Source: Klebsormidium nitens (lineage: Eukaryota; Plantae; Klebsormidiophyceae). Taken from it: a DNA stretch of 54,997 bases. Location of the stretch: assembly GCA_000708835.1 (NCBI GenBank), contig DF237540.1, positions 1 through 54,997 on the forward strand, written 5' to 3'. A model generated the notes under the pieces. It was not told the origin of the DNA, did not search any database, and worked only from the letters and a program-made list of their open reading frames with translations. Both the position numbers and the translations under genes were made by a program. Shown here one piece after another: positions 47,709 to 54,997 of the stretch (position 1 is its first letter; each line of letters opens with the position of its first letter).

Positions 47709-48829
47709 AGCCGCTGTGTAGTCGATAGGAGCTGGGGCTAAATATGTAAAGTGTAAGGAGGCGTCAAATTTGCGACCGTCATATCCAAGTGATGTTAAGT
47801 GGGCCTTATACTTGCTTTCTCACGTTTTCGCAAATTCGTTTTTAGCATACTACATTCTCACCCTTTCAAGGTTATGGCCGTTTACAAAATATTCGAAACA
47901 CTTGGGTCGTATCCTTGGTATGACACTTAGGGTGATCAAAACCAATCGTTATTTAGCCCGCTTGAGCTTCAAACCTGGGGCGAGAGTCGGATGACTGCAG
48001 CATAGTGTGCTCGTGTGTCTCTTTTGGGTCAACATCGACTATATTGCAATTTCCCAAATGAAAAAGCACAGGAGGCTCCGAGCTCACCTAGTTGCATTCG
48101 ATACTAAATTAGATGGTTCAACTTTAGCTCATGGCTCACGCAACCTCAACGATCGGCCCTTTGAACTCTTAATCATTGTTTATCATGTGTGCATGTTTGG
48201 TTGTCATGGTGGCTGCAATTGTAAGCCTTGGCATGATCTTTAAGTTTGGAGAATGATCTAGGTTGTGCAGCAAATAATTGGTTGGCCGGCGAGATTGGAG
48301 CTTGGCTAGCTCAAGGATATTTAGAGCTGGTTGTATATGAGCATGTGCCAACGCTACTACCGGACTTGGAACCGGGACTATGTGAGCCCAAAGGGAAATT
48401 TTAAATTCGGGCCCGCTAAAGTGCAACAAGTCACACTAGTCATGAAACAAGCTTAGCCTACTCGTCATCCGCGTACTATCCATCATCCTCATCAACAAAC
48501 TAGCGGCCTAGAAGAAGAGTAGTTGACTCGGAGCCACTGCCTACCAAGATCATGAATATATCCATATCCAAGAGTACACTGTGTTGAATTTTTGCGCCAA
48601 GGTCGGCCACTGATTCTCTAATGTATGCTGAAGCATCGGTGGGCGCGGTCCGCTTGATCGTTGATGCAAGTTGAGCAAAACGACATTTGTCGGAAGCCCG
48701 TAGCGGAATCCGAGTGGCAGAGAAAGCTCAAAAGGAAATTATCAACCTTTGGTCCTGAGAAACTTGAAGAAAGAAAGGGAACGCAATAGGCTAAACTTAT
48801 GCCCGAGGGATACAAGATCCATATCAATA

Positions 48830-51800
48830 AGCTGGATGTGGAGAACTATAGCCTACTGGAAATCGAAGATTAGATTTCTACTGACTCCCCAAGACCTATT
48901 CGGATGGAGTTGAAGATCTTGTAGCGCACCCCGCTCAATCAAAGAAACTGATGTCCATCATCGAGCTGAACGTTGAAGATTGAGGCGTGCAAGATGAAGT
49001 CGGGTCACTACCATCCGTGACCAGGTATGCACATGGGTCGGGCAAAGCCTCGGATTTGTATAGGGACCTGGTCGTCACCAGTGTCAGATCAAGCCGGGCG
49101 AGTTGGCGTGGAGCCTGCTTGCGGGATTGCCCACTGAAACGTTTAGTATACACTAAAAACAATCCAAGAAGCTGGCAGAGAGCGCCATAAGCTTGGTGGA
49201 TATGATTCTACCAAAGTTTGAGGGATTGCCCGAGGAAAAGGGCGGCAGTGGGTCGTAGGCTCCGCTGTGGCCTATGCATGGTCGGGCGGAAAGGCCAAGC
49301 AAGTAGAAAGGCCACGGCAAGGATAAAAGCCGGGGCAAGCGGCTGAGTTCGGTCGCATTGCCCGGAAGTGTTGCAAGCCGGACTTAAGCGTGAGCACATG
49401 CCGGAGCAAAAGAAGGGAGAGAAACCTTCCAAGGGTCTTCAGCGTCGACTGAAGGGGTGTCTGTATCAACGAGTGGCTTTTCGATTCGTGGACTCTCAAA
49501 ACCTAACCGGGAACAAGAGCTTATTTGAGACCCTCAGAACTTTTTTGCGGGGAGTGGCCGAGAAGTCACGTTTGGGGACAAGGGAACCCTATGGGCAAAG
49601 GGGAGCGGCTCCGTCGAGCTGCGGTGTGCGACACCAACGGCGAAAGTTTGGTCGCCGTCTGCAAAACGTGACGTATGTCTCGAGGGTGGCGGCGAATAAT
49701 TATAATTTCGGTACTTGCAAGGCAACCGAAGTCGCCTCGGTGGTGTTCAAGGAGAACGGCAACTGCGAGCTTGGAATTGACAAGGATTCGTCCTTATTGC
49801 TCAGAAAGTGAATAGATCTACCGTACGTGGTCAACCGGGCTCAAATGGACACGTGCTACTTGTGGAGCCGAAAACGGCGGAGTTATGGCACCGACGGTTG
49901 GGACACGCCAGGTACGAAAATCGGCGAAACTTGGTATATGGCGATCTCGTGGAACTTGGTCGGGAAGAAACTTGAACGCGTTTCGGGCGCCTATACCCTT
50001 GGTGTGCGAGCGGCCCTGCACAATGGGAAAGCAAACTAAGCTTCTCAGCCCAAGTTCCCGGAATCCGACTCGACTGAGCATGGAGCCTCTCGAGCTAGTC
50101 CACATGGATGTTCAATGGGCCAATGCGGGTAGCCTCAGTAGGGGGTAGCCGGTTCTTCGCCACGTTCTTGGACAACTACAGCAAACTTTTGGTTCACACG
50201 CAACCTAGGGTGGGTTTCGGTCCGTACAAATCCGCGATCTCGTCAGTTTTCGTGACGAATTTGCGACAAAATCGCAACGCCGGGGTACCGGCGCCGATAC
50301 TGATCAGTGCGGAATATTTTAGAAACAGAGTCCCGAATTCGGATCGAGAATCCATATAAACTTTGGTAAGGACGGTGACCGTTGAACTTCCGCGAATCCA
50401 AGAGGTACGGTTTCGCCGTGCTGCGGACCCAGTCTGTCGCGCGACACATTTCAAAATTTCAGGTCTTGATTTGAAGTACGATCGGACGACCGCGTGCCGC
50501 TACAACGTACCCCGATACCCCAGCAAGTCCGTGGGACGGTAGAAGAAGGAAGGATGAGTGTCATGAAAAGCTTCTCCTTGAAGCTCACCACAGCGCCACC
50601 ATGGCAGCCAACTTTGGCAATATATAGGTGCACCTGCCGATATGCCACGACAAAAGGCCTTGAGGGGACTTCAAAGACATGCATTGACGCCATTCTAGAC
50701 TAGGTTTTATGGCTGCACCTTAGGCTTGTCTACAACATATAAAGCCTGACTGAGGCTTTGAGCCCCATTTTAAGTCTACATTTTGAGTGTAACTTAGTGT
50801 GACACTGATTCTACTAGTACAAACAATGTCTTAGACCTGGCGGGTCAGCCGACGCGATTGCCTTTCAGAACGTACCGTCATTCGCCGTTACTAAAATCGT
50901 CCAATTCATCGAGTCGGAAATTGACTCGGATCGAATTAGACTCGCGACACGATCGACACGGCTCGGAACCACCCTAGGTTGCTTGTGTTGTAGTCCCCTG
51001 AAGCAAAAAAGCGAGGTGGCCAATAGACGAAGGGGACAATAAACCGATTGGAATTGCAATTAAGGAAGAAGCTCAAGTCGACGGTGCAAACGGATCAGGG
51101 CAAGGTGAACGTCATCAAGGCCCTTGAAGACGTGTTCGGGGGCAAAGGGATGGTTCACGAGAGGACGCCCCCTACAATACCAACTCAATGGGTCGGCCGA
51201 GTAATCTGAACCAGGGTTTGAAGCAGAAAATTCAGACGATGCTCGAGGACTTGGGGTTGCCCAAAGAGTTGTGGGCGGAAGCTGTGATAACGGCCAACTA
51301 CACTCAGAACCGGACGTCCGTGAGCGCACATGGGAAAACGAGGGGAAAACTCCCTGGAAGACGTTCGTCGGTGTAAACGAAGCCTCAAATGAGAAGTTTT
51401 TGGCGGCCGAGCCTTCAGACACGTCCCTAAGCAGCGAAGGCGTAAGTTAGATCCGGGGAACGAGCAATGTGTGTTCATGGGGTACGAGCCGCGGGCTTGA
51501 AGGCGTGCATCTAGGCTTTGGGGCCGTGACGCGATATGGATTATCTCCAAGAACGTCATACTTGACGAGGGGATTGGGGGCGATGGGGTTGTCGAACTTG
51601 GCTCCAACCCCACGGACGGTCTTGAGACGGCGGAGGGTCTGTACGGCGCACAGGTTCAGACGGAAGCCCATGATAGATCCAAAGTTGATTCTCTGCGCAA
51701 GGACGACACGACCGCGCGCGCGCGACCGCTGCTGTCGCTTTCGCAAACGAGCCAAAATAAGGGGCAACTCTGAAAGCGTGCGCAAAGACAAGGCAGAGCC

Positions 51801-51900
51801 GAAAGAGATTGAGGAGGATACCAAGATGCAAATTTGCGGCTGCCTAGAGGTACTCAGTGCGTCAAAGACGCGCACCGAAGAAGAGCCAACATAGCGTCGT
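48830..51900 (+). mobile_element. decayed Ty1/Copia retrotransposon (gag-PR-GAG_pre-integrase-integrase), truncated before RT
   Basis: Frameshifted gag (DLYRDLV...GELAWSLLAGLP), protease region (LTGNKSLF), ELWHRRLGH (~49880), EPLELVHMDV...GGSRFFATFLDNYSKL, TMLEDLGLPKELWAEAVITANYTQNR, and the FMGYE SH3-like region. Boundaries approximate. Confidence 0.85.
50195..50987. mobile_element. non-autonomous CMC/EnSpm-like TIR element (793 bp) nested in the Copia integrase
   Basis: 19-bp TIR CACA(C/A)GCAACCTAGGGTGG (50195-50213 / 50969-50987, one mismatch). TT duplicated at 50193-50194 and 50988-50989. Removing it restores integrase DNYSKLLV-VVPLKQK. Confidence 0.85.
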
Positions 51901-52499
51901 AAAAGTAGCGCGCGACCATGCCCCTAATCTGGAGGCCGTACAAGCCACCACTTCAGATCTCAAAGTTGATCGCGGTGGAGGATAAGGTGCTTTTGGCCGT
52001 CAAAATCTTCATCGACGGTGCTAAAGTGCCTCATCCAAACACCAGGCAGAATGCAGTGTCAAGTTGGGGCGAAAACGTTCTGCCCGTGCATAGTGTGGCT
52101 GCGCGTGCAGAGTGTGCACTTTGCGAGATGGCCGCACGAGCAAAAAAGTGATGCCATGCCACACGTCGCATACTTAGGCCACCAAATAAGCTACCCGGTC
52201 CAAACCTGTCAGACTAAACACTAGTACCGTACGGTCTTGGAGTTCAGCCTCTACGGTCACGGTATTATTAATGTGATGTTGGGCGGCAGTAGTAGACCGC
52301 CGCGCGATAAACCGCAAGAGGCCGTGTCAATCACAAATTGTTGCCAGGCATTTGACTCAAGCTGAGGCCGGTCGTGGATTGCGCGGAAAATTTATCTCCA
52401 AGGCATGCTAGCGATATAAAGTGACGGTCGGACATAGTGGTCGGGTGCTATTTTGTTCCACGGTGCTTGTGTCCAAAGCTCAACTGCCGCTAACACTGC

Positions 52500-54950
52500 C
52501 TCCGAACCTTATCCTATTACAAACGAATCTTATCTCCATTCCCCGAGCATTTCTCCATCAAGCAACCGGGCTGAGTTAAGGGCATCATTCGCAAGCTCCT
52601 TCTACAACGCTATGCAAGACTTGGACGCCTACGCCACGTTCCCGTGAGCGTCCCGCTTGATCTTGTTAACCCACTTCATGGAAGCCGGCTTGACCCCAAT
52701 TTTGTGACTATCTCCCACGTTCCGTTTTCTAGGAGGGAACGCATCTCCTCGCCCATAAAGTTCCGCTAAACGTCACTCTTCTTTCCCTCTACAGCTTCCT
52801 AATATTTATGCGGTTGTTGATGCTCCCCTAACCCTAATCGATGCTTTGCTGCTTCAATGTCTGCCGCCAAGTTGGCGCGGAATTACCTCCCCGGTGCCCG
52901 CCTAGCGCTGGCGGGGCACCTCTGGGCAGCCGGTAGTTGAATCCCTTGGTCCACCTCCATCTCTTTCGACCGTATGCCTCTGCTTGGCGCTTTAAATTTG
53001 GAACTTCCCCGAATTGGCCGGCTTTTTATTTTGGCGCGCTGACCCGCTCCAATAAGGGCCCCTTTTTGATCCCTAGCGGATCTTGTTCGCCACCCTCCAC
53101 CGCCGTGGGCGATTCCTCCTCTAGATCGGAGCTAAGCTCAACAACCGCTTTGTTTGCTTTCTCGTCGAAATGGACGTCCTGGCGGATGATGAGCTTCCGG
53201 TCGCTTTCATGGGGCACCCGGTATGCCTTAAAGTCTGGCTCATACCCTACGAACACACCTCGCTCTGATCCGATCCACTTATGTCTTCGTTATTCTGGCA
53301 CGTGCGCAAACGTCCGCGCCCCACATGCCCGCAAGTGTACCACCGTCGGCTTTTTGCCGAAGAACGCCTCCCACGGGGTCACCCTGTGCGCGCTCACAGG
53401 GGCCCGGTTCCGGGTGTGGTTGGCCGTCTAGTATGGCCTCCACCCACAACTCCTTCGGCAGCCCCAATGGTTCTCGAGCATCGCCCGGACCTTCTCCTCC
53501 AACTGTGAATGAGCCGCTCTGCCGATCCGTTTTGCTCGGCCATGTACGAGGCGGTCTTTTTGTGCACCGTAACTTTGCCCACAAAGACGTCCTTGAGAGC
53601 TTTATTGACGTACTCTTTCCCCCGATCCGTCCGCACCATTTTTGAGCATCTTCCCCAATCGCAACTCCAGCCGGTTGATCACGTGCTCAGTCACCTTGGC
53701 TACTTCGCCCTTCTACTTTGCGGGGACCACAACCAAGAATTTGTTGTAGTCGTCTGAAACCGTGGCAAAGTACCGGCTGCCTCGCATCATAGGCACCAGC
53801 ATTGGCCCACCGACGTCCGTGTGGACTAGCTCGAGAGGCTCCGAAATCACGAACTCCGACCGCGTGTGTGAGTTGGACTCCGAAAAAACTTGCTGCGTTT
53901 GCTTCCCCATGATGCGGGATCACACACCTAGCTTTTAAATCATATGAGCGCTCAAAACGCACTCGGCTTCACCTCAACGCCCTCGACGAGATTCCTTGCA
54001 CCATCTTCGCCAAGTTCTCAAACGAAGCGTGTCCCATCCGGCGGTGCCACAACTCCGCCGTCTCGGCTTCTCTCATGAGGAAACACTTGTCCGTCTTTGC
54101 CCGGTCAAACATGTAGATCTCCTTCCCTTCTCGAGCTTCAAGGACTACTTCCCCGTAGCCGCAAGCTCACAACTATTCTGCTTGAACGACACCGTCGCGA
54201 CTTCGGTCAAGCCTTGCTCACCGAGATCAAGTTTGCCGCCATGACATACGTCACGATTTGCAGAGTGAACAGACTTTCTCCGGTCGGTATTGCACACCGC
54301 AGCTCGACCGTGCCGCCCCCCTCTGCCCACCAGGTTCCCTTGTCCGCGAACGTGGACTCTCGGCCATTCCCCCCAAAGATATCGAGAGTCCTTAATAGGT
54401 TCTTGGCCCCGGTCAGGTGTTGAAAGCTACCCAAATCGACGTGCCTATAGTTTGGCAGCTACCCCTTCAATCTCGCTAAAGGCCACTCCTTTGATTTTTC
54501 TTCGACCTCTTTGCTCCGATTTGAGCTCCCGCATATTCGGCTTCTCTTCCCGGCAATGTCACCCAACTCTCCGTAATTGTAGCACTCAGGGTATTGAACG
54601 AGCTCGAGGGTCCCGCAAGCACGCTCCAAGCCAACTCTTCCTGCTTCAATTCGAAACCGGTAGCTGTCAAGTCCCAAAATAAGTCCTTTGCTCGAGCCAC
54701 GTACACGGTCACAGGCTCAGCCGACTTCATTTTGAAAGAATGCGACTCGTGGCTAAACTGCAACTTCGTTGCGTGGGATTTGCTCTTGTAGGTTGTCTCA
54801 AGAAGATCCCAAGCCTCCTTTGCGGTTTTGCACGCCTGACTCCTCCCCCAATGATGGTCATCAAAGTTTAGCCCAATGATGGACACCGCTTTCGTTGATT
54901 CAGATGCGTGCTCCTTGGGATCCGTTACTCGTCCCAGCTACTCCAATCAA
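52500..54950 (-). mobile_element. decayed Ty1/Copia retrotransposon (gag-PR-integrase-start of RT)
   Basis: Gag KTAKEAWDLLETTY...ELAWSVLAG, protease SFQHLTGAKNL, WHRRMGH, EPLELVHTDV, VRTDRGKEY...QNGSAERL (DDE intact), FVGYEPDFKAYR...RQDVHFDE, and RT start TWEIV...MKWVNKIKRDAHGNV (~52630-52720). Boundaries approximate. Confidence 0.9.
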
Positions 54951-54997
54951 TGTAGTTACCTACACTAATCTTGTCTATGTAAACGTTGAACCCGTTA

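Overview
Eukaryotic nuclear scaffold with three N gaps. The plant-type gene set, spliceosomal GT-AG introns and very GC-rich exons/introns suggest a green-lineage organism, most likely a streptophyte (charophyte-grade) alga; this is an inference. The central ~36 kb holds eight multi-exon genes in four head-to-head pairs: NF-YC / ER Hsp70-family HYOU1(GRP170); a two-RRM Gly-rich hnRNP / an alkaline-ceramidase-family membrane protein (with a probable small membrane-protein gene between them); a bacterial-type GT2+GT4 glycosyltransferase / an orphan gene; and RAD23 / UBC13. Transposon debris flanks the genes. Left: a decayed Ty3/Gypsy element whose pol region carries a DNMT3-like cytosine methyltransferase upstream of RT, a 143-nt tRNA-like structured RNA candidate and a LINE 3' end. 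Middle: a hAT-like MITE and a second LINE remnant. Right: two convergent decayed Ty1/Copia copies, one interrupted by a CAC...GTG TIR element with a TT target duplication. Top leads are the retrotransposon-borne methyltransferase, the tRNA-like RNA and the probably horizontally acquired glycosyltransferase. All calls were made by eye from the sequence; no database searches were run.
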